A stretch of 45,391 nt of DNA from NCBI GenBank assembly GCA_045641325.1, contig JAZUGU010000080.1:1-45391 (forward strand), given 5' to 3'. The DNA is from Candidatus Avispirillum sp. Its GTDB lineage: Bacteria; Bacillota; Clostridia; Oscillospirales; CAG-272. The notes beneath the pieces were generated by a model that ran no database searches, was not told the origin of the DNA, and was given only the letters and a program-made list of their open reading frames with translations. Positions 1-8,542 of this stretch are shown here, piece by piece (the stretch's first letter is position 1; each line of letters opens with the position of its first letter). The translations under genes and the position numbers were made by a program.

Positions 1-154
1 AGATATAATAAAATGACCGAAACTTTCGTTTCGGTCATTTTTTCATTAGATATTCGGAAAATCTCCCACCATTCGTGACCTAATAGAGTATTTCTTCTTT
101 CCGGTCAGTGGTGAAAAAATCCCTAAGTGAAGCCCCGTAAAAGCACCTCTTTTT
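1..154 (+). repeat. Structured interspersed non-coding element, copy 1 (5' part cut off by window edge)
   Basis: AGATATAATAAAATGACCGAAAC-TTTC-GTTTCGGTCATTTTTTCATTAGATATTCGGAAA...TTTCCGGTCAGTGGTGAAAAAATCCCTAAGTGAAGCCCCG aligns by eye with 35648-35785 and with the reverse complement of 40320-40457. Confidence 0.9.
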
Positions 155-168
155 ATTTGAATTTCGTT

Positions 169-729
169 TTATTTAAATATCGGCTTCAACTGCTTTCCGT
201 TCATCATTTTATTGAACGAGGGGATCAGCTCATTGAAATCCGCTACAAGAGAAAACGGTTTATTTATAGGATCATCCTGGAGCATCGGCACGAAATACAC
301 GCTTTTTTTATTGAGCAGGGAAGCTATATTTTTCAGATTTGCGGATAAAGCGTCGTTTGAAGCAAGACAAATGAGCAACGGTCTACCGCATCTGAGATGA
401 GCTTTAGCCGCCATTGTGACTGACGTGTCCGTTATGCCGAGTGACATTTTCGCAAGTGTATTTCCCGTGCAGGGCGCAATAATAAGAGATTCAAGAGGTA
501 TTGCAGGACCGAATTTTTCCGCTTCTGTTATCGTTTTGATACATTCATGTCCCGTAATATTTTGAATAATACTAATAAGCTCTTCAGCCTTACCGAATCT
601 TGTATTTGTTGTCGCCGCCGTCTCGCTCAGTATCGGGATAACCTCATATCCGGAAGATATAAGGGATTTCAGCGTTTCTATTGATTTTTTATGAGTGCAG
701 AACGAGCCGGTAAGTGCATATCCTATCAT
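169..729 (-). CDS. spoVFB: Dipicolinate synthase subunit B
   Basis: IGYALTGSFCT N-terminus, IIAPCTGNTLAK, flavoprotein-type; directly downstream of spoVFA. Confidence 0.93.
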   Translation of the reverse strand: MIGYALTGSFCTHKKSIETLKSLISSGYEVIPILSETAATTNTRFGKAEELISIIQNITGHECIKTITEAEKFGPAIPLESLIIAPCTGNTLAKMSLGITDTSVTMAAKAHLRCGRPLLICLASNDALSANLKNIASLLNKKSVYFVPMLQDDPINKPFSLVADFNELIPSFNKMMNGKQLKPIFK

Positions 730-732
730 AAA

Positions 733-1557
733 TCATCCTCCGATTTCACAAATCAAATTATTTAACGTTTCAAAAACGATTTTTCCGGCAGTTTCCGGGT
801 AAAACTTACCCGGAAGTGACAATGCTTTTACCAGCCGTTTACCTAATATTTGCTCGGCTTCCTCCGTAAATCCTCCGGGATTTGACGCAAGATCAATAAA
901 TATCGTAGAATCATGATTTTCGATGCATTTGTCTCCTATAATACGGTAGGGAACAGTATTGAAACATACGTCGGCATTGTCCGCGTTCATAAGATAATCA
1001 CGAAGCGCAATAGTCCCGTATCCTTCGATGCGGGCATTTGTAAGGGCTTCGGAGCTTCTTGCAGTTACCGTAACGTTTCCGCCGAGAGCATATAACCTCT
1101 TTGATAATGCTTTTCCGATTCGTCCATAGCCGACAATAGTGTAATCAGCACCGAAAACAGTCCGTTTTGTAAGGTTAGAGGCTATCATAATTGCGGCTTC
1201 CGCCGTCGGTATGGCATTAAGAATACAGAATTCTTCGCGTGCGGCATAATCATATACCGATAAATTATATTCACGTGCTACTCTGAATATGAAATCGGAT
1301 AACATTCCGCCGAAAATTATTGTATCCCGTGCAAGTAATGAAAACAAATCATCTGCCGTTATGGCATATTCCGCATTCAATCGACCGTCTTCAGTAAATG
1401 AACGGACGGGAAGTACTGCATAATCGCATTTTATACTGTGCAGGGAAGTATCACAATCACAGAAGCTGCAAGTATAACCAAGCTTCTCAAAACCACTTGC
1501 AGCGTACTGTAAACGTCTGTCACAACCGAAAAACATAATTGTTTTTGTATTATTCAT
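733..1557 (-). CDS. spoVFA: Dipicolinate synthase subunit A
   Basis: LNAIPTAEAAI, GYGRIG Rossmann motif, FNTVP, IDLAS.PGG, LPGK; start placed at the ATG of MNNTK. Confidence 0.9.
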   Translation of the reverse strand: MNNTKTIMFFGCDRRLQYAASGFEKLGYTCSFCDCDTSLHSIKCDYAVLPVRSFTEDGRLNAEYAITADDLFSLLARDTIIFGGMLSDFIFRVAREYNLSVYDYAAREEFCILNAIPTAEAAIMIASNLTKRTVFGADYTIVGYGRIGKALSKRLYALGGNVTVTARSSEALTNARIEGYGTIALRDYLMNADNADVCFNTVPYRIIGDKCIENHDSTIFIDLASNPGGFTEEAEQILGKRLVKALSLPGKFYPETAGKIVFETLNNLICEIGG

Positions 1558-1671
1558 TTCAAATTCCGATGCATCTGCAATCAATTCAATACATTATATG
1601 ATTCGATACTGCATACGACCAACACATCATTCATATATTCTACCGTAAGCTATGTGAATGGAGAATGAGAA

Positions 1672-1980
1672 ATGACAGATACACCGAAAATCGTAAAAAA
1701 TCGCGATTTTGACTCTCAAGGGAAAAAAAGATGTGTATTATTTGCAGAATATATAATAAAGACAAAGGGAACAGTAAGAGAAACGGCAAAGGAGTTCGGG
1801 ATAAGTAAATCGACGGTACATAAAGACGTAACAGATAAACTGATGAGAACTGATAAACGATTGTATAAGGAGGTCAGAAAAATTCTCGAAAAAAATAAAG
1901 AAGAAAGACATCTCCGGGGAGGACTCGCGACGAAAAAGAAGTATGAAGAGAATAAAAACCATATAAAAAGCCGGTGCTGA
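1672..1980 (+). CDS. spoIIID: Sporulation transcriptional regulator SpoIIID
   Basis: TVRETAKEFGISKSTVHKDVT HTH and NKEERHLRGGLATKKKY signature. Confidence 0.95.
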   Translation: MTDTPKIVKNRDFDSQGKKRCVLFAEYIIKTKGTVRETAKEFGISKSTVHKDVTDKLMRTDKRLYKEVRKILEKNKEERHLRGGLATKKKYEENKNHIKSRC

Positions 1981-2001
1981 CAGCATCGGCTATATTTATT
2001 T
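1969..2001 (+). terminator. Intrinsic terminator of spoIIID
   Basis: AGCCGGTGCT-GAC-AGCATCGGCT hairpin followed by a T-rich tail. Confidence 0.6.
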
Positions 2002-2003
2002 GA

Positions 2004-2032
2004 TTGACAAATCGAACTGCATATGTTAATAT
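2004..2032 (+). promoter_or_regulatory. Sigma-A-like promoter
   Basis: TTGACA-17 nt-TAATAT with TG extended -10. Confidence 0.55.
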
Positions 2033-2049
2033 AGAACATCAGATATAAG

Positions 2050-2141
2050 AGGGCACTTCCCGAAAATTATCTACCCAATTATACAAAATGCAAATTTTGT
2101 ATAATTGGGGGAAGCGAAATACGCCGCAAAGTGCCTGTTTT
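2050..2141 (+). ncRNA. Candidate structured sRNA or leader (unit A)
   Basis: Outer stem GGGCACTT/AAGTGCCT plus T tract, perfect 16-bp inner hairpin CCCAATTATACAAAAT-GCAA-ATTTTGTATAATTGGG; lies just downstream of the promoter. Confidence 0.4.
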
Positions 2142-2156
2142 AGCATTATAATAAGA

Positions 2157-2233
2157 ATTGAGCCTATCACACGGACGATGCGCTGCATGTCCGACAGCCA
2201 TGGCTGTTTGCCGTGACCAATGATAAGCTCATG
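2157..2233 (-). ncRNA. Candidate structured sRNA (unit B)
   Basis: Minus-strand outer stem TGAGCTTATCA/TGATAGGCTCA enclosing further short stems; begins just downstream of a minus-strand promoter. Confidence 0.35.
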
Positions 2234-2238
2234 AGATG

Positions 2239-2266
2239 ATTATACTTCTATTTTCAAATTAGTCAA
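2239..2266 (-). promoter_or_regulatory. Sigma-A-like promoter pointing leftwards with no sizeable ORF downstream
   Basis: Minus strand TTGACT-16 nt-TATAAT. Confidence 0.5.
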
Positions 2267-2317
2267 TATTTTTTGTAAAAAAATGTAAGTTTGAATACAA
2301 CTCTGTCGGAGGTCCGG

Positions 2318-2953
2318 ATGGCTAAGTTAAATAATATGCACGCAAAAACTCAACGATTAGTCGTATTGTCCTTGCTTGCCTCACTCATAATAATTCTGCA
2401 GCTTACATCGAGCTTTTTAGTAAAACTCGGTTTATTTTCCATTTCATTGGTACTTATACCGATAACTGTAGGCGGAATTCTTTACGGAATCGGCGCAGGA
2501 GCTTTGCTTGGCGGCATATTCGGTCTTATATGCTTTATCGCCGGTATTATGGGTATAGACGGCGGAACCCTTACTATGATCCAGTACAATGTCTGGTTTA
2601 CTGCTCTTATAGCCATAGGTAAAGGAATTTTTGCAGGTGCTGCATCAGCTGCCGTTTACAAATTGTTCATATTTATAACCAAAAACAAACAGACAATGTC
2701 CGCAGTATTTGCGTCAATTGCTACTCCTGTTGTGAATACGGGCTTGTATCTGATCGGTATGGTATTCTTATTTAAGAATTATCTTATAGGTCAGCTTGGT
2801 GTTTCGGATAATGTAACCGGAAGTTCATTGATCCTTGTAGTAATTGGTATTATATGGGTCAATTTTATCATTGAATTTATCCTAAATGTCGTAATTTGCC
2901 CGATTATTTCGTCTTCTTTACTTAAAAACGGAAAAATTAAACGTATCAGATAA
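2318..2953 (+). CDS. ECF transporter S component (PanT-like)
   Basis: About 6 hydrophobic segments, IPITVGGILYG.GAGALLG.IFG and VVNTGLY motifs; GGAGG RBS before ATG 2318. Confidence 0.75.
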   Translation: MAKLNNMHAKTQRLVVLSLLASLIIILQLTSSFLVKLGLFSISLVLIPITVGGILYGIGAGALLGGIFGLICFIAGIMGIDGGTLTMIQYNVWFTALIAIGKGIFAGAASAAVYKLFIFITKNKQTMSAVFASIATPVVNTGLYLIGMVFLFKNYLIGQLGVSDNVTGSSLILVVIGIIWVNFIIEFILNVVICPIISSSLLKNGKIKRIR

Positions 2954-2959
2954 AATTAC

Positions 2960-2989
2960 TTGCAATTATATCCATATCTATGATATAAT
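2960..2989 (+). promoter_or_regulatory. Sigma-A-like promoter
   Basis: TTGCAA-18 nt-TATAAT with TG extension. Confidence 0.45.
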
Positions 2990-3014
2990 ATAAAAAAATT
3001 ATTCGGAGGCTATA

Positions 3015-3458
3015 ATGGCAGCAGCAAATGTTAAAGTAAAAGTGGTTTCTTCCACCAAAAAAGCTAAAGTAAAAACCTATGCAAACGCGATAGCACAGGC
3101 TCTTAAGTGTATCGACTACGATGTTCCTCCCGCATTTCCCTGTGACAAGGAAAGAGTCGTATTTATCGGTATGACTATCAAGGACGCTCCCGATGACAAG
3201 CTCAGACTTTTCTGCCGTGAGCTTACAAAACAGAGAGCATTCAATGTAGCTCTGTTTGTAGACGGTCCCCAGAAAGAAAGCAATAAGGGCCTTCAGACTG
3301 TTATTGAAGTACTCAAAGAGGCCGGAACAAATGTCCTTGACGATGATATCTATTATGTAAACGGCGGTGGTATTTTCGCAGGAAAGAAGATTTCTCTTGA
3401 AGAGCGTACCGAGATCGTTCGCTGGGCAGAAGGAATCGTTACAAAAGTGTCTGAATAA
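3015..3458 (+). CDS. Hypothetical protein, possibly flavodoxin-like fold
   Basis: GGAGG RBS, own promoter and terminator; alpha/beta pattern (VVFIG, NVALF, GTNV) reminiscent of flavodoxin-like proteins. Confidence 0.7.
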   Translation: MAAANVKVKVVSSTKKAKVKTYANAIAQALKCIDYDVPPAFPCDKERVVFIGMTIKDAPDDKLRLFCRELTKQRAFNVALFVDGPQKESNKGLQTVIEVLKEAGTNVLDDDIYYVNGGGIFAGKKISLEERTEIVRWAEGIVTKVSE

Positions 3459-3482
3459 TATTGATACTTCCCTTTTGAATTT

Positions 3483-3515
3483 AAAAAGACCGGAGCTTTG
3501 ATGCTCCGGCCTTTT
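3483..3515. terminator. Bidirectional intrinsic terminator
   Basis: AAAAAGACCGGAGC-TTTGAT-GCTCCGGCCTTTT between convergent genes. Confidence 0.75.
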
Positions 3516-3523
3516 GATTTTAA

Positions 3524-5422
3524 TTATGAATTGAATTCTTCGGGACTTCTGTACGTCGGTACAACATCCTTCATGACGTTCTTCAGATTTTCTTCGCTTC
3601 CGTTCTCAACGGCTTTGCGAAGGATATCAAGCTTCTTTTCGATTTCTCCGTCTTCAAGCTGTTTATCACGTTCAATGAATATAAGCTCATTGTCAGTCTT
3701 GTCAAGCTCTTCTGTTTTCACAAGAAGCTCTTCATACAACTTTTCTCCGGGGCGAAGTCCGGTTTCCACAATAGCTATGTCTGTCTGTCCGCTGAGCTTG
3801 ATCATATTCTCGGCAAGATCGAGGATCTTGACGGGCTTGCCCATATCGAGTACAAACAGCTCTTTGTTTTTAGCCATAGCTCCGCTTTGCAGCACAAGCT
3901 GAGCTGCTTCGGGAATTGTCATGAAATACCGTATTATACGCTTGTCCGTAATGGTAACGGGACCACCGGATGCAATCTGTTTTTTGAACAGAGGGATAAC
4001 GCTTCCGGCGCTTCCCAATACGTTTCCGAAACGAGTCGCAGAACAAGCCATATTGCCTTTGTGATTGAGAACTATCATCTCGCATACACGCTTTGTAGCA
4101 CCCATCACGTTAGTGGGATTTACGGCCTTATCCGTGCTGACCATGATAAATTTCTCAACATCGTACTTTTCGGAGACTTCAACTGTGTTAAGCGTACCGA
4201 AAACGTTGTTTTCAACAGCCTCTATACAGTCATCCTCCATAAAAGGAACGTGCTTGTGAGCGGCTGCGTGAATGACGACCTGAGGACGGTATTTATTAAA
4301 TATGCGTTCCAGGCTGTGTACGTTGCATATGGAAGCGATGACAACCTTAATATCAACTTCATCACCCATAGCAATTTTCAGCTCCTGCTGAACCTCATAA
4401 GCGCCGTTTTCGTATACGTCAAGAATGATCAGCTGCTTCGGGTTCATTTTTGCAAGCTGTCTGCACAGCTCGCTGCCGATACTGCCGCCGCCGCCGGTTA
4501 TGAGAACGACTTTATCCTTATAGTATTCACCGGTAACGTCGTTGGTAACGTCAAGAGGTTCTCTGAACAGAAGGTCTTCTGCATCAAAATCACGGAGCAG
4601 ACGCTTTCCGCCTGCCGCCTGCATCATGGGAAAATCGTAAACCTTCAGTTTATAGCCGAGATCCTTATATTTCTCGTAAATCGCTTTTTTGTTTTCACCG
4701 CTGAGCTGAGGAACGGCAAATATAATTTCCTGCACCTCATGATTTTTCAGATTCTTTGCTGTATTATCATCCTCGGGAAATACGGGGAGATTATAGATTT
4801 TTCTGCCGATTTTAAGCTTATTTGTCTCGATGAAGCATCTGGGCGTATAGGTCGCATGCTCATTATTGAGAAGTTCTTCCGCAAGGCTGACACCGACACG
4901 GCCGGCACCTACAATGGCAACTCTGATTTTCTGACCGTCAGCATGCGGATGGATCTGAACTTTCCCGCCGGAAACAAATTTGAGAAGTCCGCCGAATCTG
5001 CCGGTCTTATAAAAATATCTGTATATCATCCTGATGGCAAGAGCTGCCAGACAGTTTACACAGATAAATGCAAGTACGAGAGTGAAAGTAAATGTTTCAA
5101 CGATTCTGAAATCATTTACGAAGTTATATACGATGAATGCACATCCGTCCGAAAACAGCAGACGTATGTAGCACTGGATGCCGCCGTATCTCCAAATCTG
5201 AGTATAAATACCGAATAAGAATCTGAAAAAGAAGATGCACACAAATGAAACTGCGGCATGATACAGAACTCCTCTGAATGACAGAGCTCCGAGGAAGCAG
5301 TACGATCCGAGAAGGACTACTACTACTGCAAGAAATACAAAAATATCATACAGAAATAAAAGCCACCTGATGGTACCGCTTTTATTGCCGAATATTTTTT
5401 CCGCAATCTTTTTTATTTTCAT
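3524..5422 (-). CDS. Membrane-anchored UDP-sugar 4,6-dehydratase (CapD/PglF-like polysaccharide biosynthesis protein)
   Basis: 4 N-terminal TM segments, GAGRVG, ITGGGGSIGSELCRQ, HAAAHKHVP, STDKAVNPTNVMGATK, RFGNVLGSAGSVIP; RBS AAAGGGG before ATG 5422. Confidence 0.92.
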   Translation of the reverse strand: MKIKKIAEKIFGNKSGTIRWLLFLYDIFVFLAVVVVLLGSYCFLGALSFRGVLYHAAVSFVCIFFFRFLFGIYTQIWRYGGIQCYIRLLFSDGCAFIVYNFVNDFRIVETFTFTLVLAFICVNCLAALAIRMIYRYFYKTGRFGGLLKFVSGGKVQIHPHADGQKIRVAIVGAGRVGVSLAEELLNNEHATYTPRCFIETNKLKIGRKIYNLPVFPEDDNTAKNLKNHEVQEIIFAVPQLSGENKKAIYEKYKDLGYKLKVYDFPMMQAAGGKRLLRDFDAEDLLFREPLDVTNDVTGEYYKDKVVLITGGGGSIGSELCRQLAKMNPKQLIILDVYENGAYEVQQELKIAMGDEVDIKVVIASICNVHSLERIFNKYRPQVVIHAAAHKHVPFMEDDCIEAVENNVFGTLNTVEVSEKYDVEKFIMVSTDKAVNPTNVMGATKRVCEMIVLNHKGNMACSATRFGNVLGSAGSVIPLFKKQIASGGPVTITDKRIIRYFMTIPEAAQLVLQSGAMAKNKELFVLDMGKPVKILDLAENMIKLSGQTDIAIVETGLRPGEKLYEELLVKTEELDKTDNELIFIERDKQLEDGEIEKKLDILRKAVENGSEENLKNVMKDVVPTYRSPEEFNS

Positions 5423-5603
5423 AATCAGTCCCCTTTTTTCGGGTTTATACATACCTAGATTAATTATGCCATTATTCGTCAATTTTGTCAATGAATTAAT
5501 GAAATATTATTTTCTTTAAGTCATATTTTGTTAAACATAAGTACATACAAACAACGAAAGTATTTACCGAATAAAATAAACAGTAAGTTTTTTCAATAAA
5601 GTA

Positions 5604-5632
5604 TTGACAAAACAAAATACATCTGTTATACT
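5604..5632 (+). promoter_or_regulatory. Sigma-A promoter of ylxM-ffh operon
   Basis: TTGACA-17 nt-TATACT with TG extension. Confidence 0.75.
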
Positions 5633-5657
5633 CTGTAAAGTGTTTTGCTTTACAGAG
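5631..5657. promoter_or_regulatory. Perfect 10-bp inverted repeat over the predicted start site (operator or 5' hairpin)
   Basis: CTCTGTAAAG-TGTTTTG-CTTTACAGAG. Confidence 0.6.
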
Positions 5658-5670
5658 ACCGGAGGCGGAT

Positions 5671-6018
5671 ATGTTTAATAAAGATATACACATTTCCCTT
5701 CTCCTTGATTTCTACGGTGACGTTCTTTCGGAGCGCCGTCGTCAGGTCACATCACTGTACTATAATGATGACCTTTCCCTTTCCGAAATTGCCGATATCA
5801 GCGGTATTTCGCGCCAGGGTGTCAGAGATTCCATTAAGAAAAGCGAAACAGAGCTTCTTCTTCTTGAAGAGAAATTAGGGCTCGCAAGACGCTTTGAAGA
5901 GCTCAAGGCGGAAATCAATGATATCAGCACTTCCCTTTCCGATATCAAAACCGATAATGCCGACATTACAGATAAGATACGGTCTGCGCAGGACCGTCTC
6001 AATAAGCTCAATATCTGA
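5671..6018 (+). CDS. ylxM: YlxM family HTH protein (SRP-associated)
   Basis: LLDFYG.VLSERRR...YYNDDLSLSEIA...ISRQGVRD; upstream of ffh. Confidence 0.92.
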   Translation: MFNKDIHISLLLDFYGDVLSERRRQVTSLYYNDDLSLSEIADISGISRQGVRDSIKKSETELLLLEEKLGLARRFEELKAEINDISTSLSDIKTDNADITDKIRSAQDRLNKLNI

Positions 6019-6030
6019 TCAGGAGATGCC

Positions 6031-7362
6031 ATGTTTTCCAGTCTTTCCGATAAACTGAATAAAGCGCTCGGAAAGTTCCGTAACAAAGGAAAACTTACCG
6101 AAGCTGATATTAAAGAAGGAATGCGAGAGATAAAGCTCGCCCTTCTTGAAGCCGACGTCAGCTTTAAAGTCACAAAGGACTTCGTGAAGCAGGTATCCGA
6201 GCGTGCTGTTGGAGCTGAGGTAATGGAAAGCCTCGTTCCCTCACAGCAGATCGTTAAAATAGTAAATGAAGAGCTTATATCTCTTATGGGATCAACGCAG
6301 GCGAAGCTCGAGATCTCATCCAATCCTCCCACTGTTGTTATGATGTGCGGTCTGCAGGGATCGGGTAAAACCACTCACTCTGCAAAGATCGCATCTCTGT
6401 ATAAAAAGCAGGGAAAAAATCCTCTGCTTGTTGCATGCGATGTTTACCGTCCTGCGGCTATCAAACAGCTCCAGGTCGTCGGTGAAGCAATTGGCGTTCC
6501 GGTATTTGAAATGGGAAATGAATCCCCTGTGAAGATAGCGGAGGAAGCAGTCAGCTATGCCAAGAAGAAAGGCTACGATATGGTCTTTCTGGATACAGCC
6601 GGCAGACTTCACGTTGACGAAGTCCTTATGAAAGAGCTCAGCGACATTAAAGCAAAGGTTAATCCCACTGAGATCCTGCTCGTGATCGATGCAATGCTCG
6701 GACAGGATGCCGTAAACGTTGCCGAATCCTTCAACAATCTGCTTGATATTACCGGTGTTGTGCTCACAAAGCTTGACGGTGATACCAGAGGCGGTGCGGC
6801 GCTTTCCGTCCGTCACGTAACAGGAAAACCGATAAAATTCGTCGGTACCGGAGAAAAGCTTGACACAATCGAGCCCTTCTACCCCGACAGAATGGCGTCA
6901 AGGATCCTCGGTATGGGTGACGTGCTCACGCTTATCGAAAAAGCGGAACAGGTCATTGACGAAAAGAAAGCCATAGAGCTTGAAAAGAAAATCAGAGAAA
7001 ACACCTTTACCCTTTCGGATTATCTTGATCAGCTGAGACAGCTGAAGAGCATGGGAAACCTTGACAGCCTGATCGGTATGATACCGGGAATGAACACAGG
7101 CGCTCTCAAAGATGCCAAGGTCGATGAAGGGGCTATGAAGCGTACTGAAGCGATCATCCTTTCAATGACGGAGAAAGAACGCAACAAGCCCGACATTATA
7201 AACGGATCAAGAAGGAAAAGGATCGCCGCAGGCAGCGGCACTTCCGTTGAGGAAGTCAACAGACTCATGAAGCAGTATGAACAGATGAATAAGATGTTCA
7301 AACAGCTTTCCGGTGCCTCTAAAAAAGGCAAAAAGAAGATGAAAATGCCGTTTCAGTTTTAA
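6031..7362 (+). CDS. ffh: Signal recognition particle protein
   Basis: [24 protein letters not shown], Met-rich M domain with [11 protein letters not shown]. Confidence 0.98.
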   Translation: MFSSLSDKLNKALGKFRNKGKLTEADIKEGMREIKLALLEADVSFKVTKDFVKQVSERAVGAEVMESLVPSQQIVKIVNEELISLMGSTQAKLEISSNPPTVVMMCGLQGSGKTTHSAKIASLYKKQGKNPLLVACDVYRPAAIKQLQVVGEAIGVPVFEMGNESPVKIAEEAVSYAKKKGYDMVFLDTAGRLHVDEVLMKELSDIKAKVNPTEILLVIDAMLGQDAVNVAESFNNLLDITGVVLTKLDGDTRGGAALSVRHVTGKPIKFVGTGEKLDTIEPFYPDRMASRILGMGDVLTLIEKAEQVIDEKKAIELEKKIRENTFTLSDYLDQLRQLKSMGNLDSLIGMIPGMNTGALKDAKVDEGAMKRTEAIILSMTEKERNKPDIINGSRRKRIAAGSGTSVEEVNRLMKQYEQMNKMFKQLSGASKKGKKKMKMPFQF

Positions 7363-7406
7363 CGGATTTTTATAAAAATTATATATACATTTCGGAGGAA
7401 AAGAAA

Positions 7407-7649
7407 ATGGTAAAAATCAGACTCAGAAGAATGGGCGCGAAGAAGAACCCCTTCTACCGTATCGTTGTTGCAGACTCCCGTTATCCCCGTGACGGCCGTT
7501 TCATTGAGGAAGTCGGTACTTACGACCCCATGACCAATCCCGCAACTGTTAAGCTGGATACTGAGAAGATCAATGCTTGGGTGAAGAACGGCGCACAGCC
7601 CACTGACACCGTAAAAGCTCTTATCAAGAATTACACCGACGCTGAATAA
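7407..7649 (+). CDS. rpsP: 30S ribosomal protein S16
   Basis: [25 protein letters not shown]. Confidence 0.98.
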   Translation: MVKIRLRRMGAKKNPFYRIVVADSRYPRDGRFIEEVGTYDPMTNPATVKLDTEKINAWVKNGAQPTDTVKALIKNYTDAE

Positions 7650-7669
7650 TTCGGCGAGGGGGTAGTTCA

Positions 7670-7906
7670 ATGATAGATCTTGTTCGTCTTCTCGAAGACA
7701 TGGCAAAGTCCATCGTTGATAACCCTGATGAGGTTAAAGTCCAGCAGGAGATCAACGGAGACAATGTCACACTCACTCTCAATGTTGCCGAAAGCGACAT
7801 GGGTATGATAATCGGAAAGCACGGCAATATTGCAAAGGCTATCCGCACCGTGACAAAAGCAGCTGCAAAGCTCGTTAACTTAAAGGTCACGGTAGAAATC
7901 AGATAA
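7670..7906 (+). CDS. khpA: KH-domain RNA-binding protein KhpA (YlqC)
   Basis: IVDNPDEV...DMGMIIGKHG..AKAIRT; follows rpsP. Confidence 0.92.
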   Translation: MIDLVRLLEDMAKSIVDNPDEVKVQQEINGDNVTLTLNVAESDMGMIIGKHGNIAKAIRTVTKAAAKLVNLKVTVEIR

Positions 7907-7932
7907 GAAAAAGCCCCGATGGGGCTTTTCTT
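7907..7932. terminator. Bidirectional intrinsic terminator
   Basis: GAAAAAGCCCC-GAT-GGGGCTTTTCTT. Confidence 0.8.
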
Positions 7933-8497
7933 ATTGCTGATTCAAGGTATACCCTTTATATCTTTTGTTCACTATTATCGGTAGACCGACGGCACACCGG
8001 GCTTTTGAATTTATGCGGTTGATATGAGTTGATGCGCTGCATCGCTTCACATCGGCAAGGCAGAAAGCCGCAACAGCTTCCGGTGAATAAGTTTTATCTG
8101 AGTAGAGGAACAGATTTAGTATCCTCATTTCAGTCGGAGTCAGATACAGACGTCTGCCGCGGTAAAATACGTTTCCGTCCGACACGGTAACTCTTTCCCT
8201 GCTATGCTCGAAAAAACTCCCGAAACGAGCTGTAATAGCTTTCATGACTTCATCTGTCATAGGAAGATATTCATCTATGCACACCGTATCACATTTACCG
8301 TACATCGATGCAACATACGTAACGTCATCTAACAGATACTTTTCCGTAACAATTATAAGTTCACAGGGAAGAAATCGGTCAAAGTGCCTGCTGTCCGTGA
8401 CAATGCACGGAATGCTCATTTCAAGAAGAAGCGGACGAATATCGTATCTAATACGTCTGGCGGTATCATCTACTACGATTATCAGTTCTAATTCCAC
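7931..8497 (-). CDS. Putative regulator with C-terminal OmpR-type winged helix
   Basis: LYLTPTEMRIL...STHINRINSK...IVNKRYKGYTL; N-terminal IIVVDD receiver-like remnant; GTG start uncertain. Confidence 0.65.
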   Translation of the reverse strand: MELELIIVVDDTARRIRYDIRPLLLEMSIPCIVTDSRHFDRFLPCELIIVTEKYLLDDVTYVASMYGKCDTVCIDEYLPMTDEVMKAITARFGSFFEHSRERVTVSDGNVFYRGRRLYLTPTEMRILNLFLYSDKTYSPEAVAAFCLADVKRCSASTHINRINSKARCAVGLPIIVNKRYKGYTLNQQ

Positions 8498-8542
8498 CTT
8501 TCCGGCATATAATTTGGCATAACGAACGAAAGGCGGAACACC

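Noticed and set aside
3887-5218. 443-aa + strand ORF
   Set aside because: Antisense shadow of the CapD-like gene, no recognisable motifs.
5496-5670. SRP RNA near ffh
   Set aside because: No CAGG...GGAA...AGCAG domain IV motif found here or at 2.0-2.3 kb.
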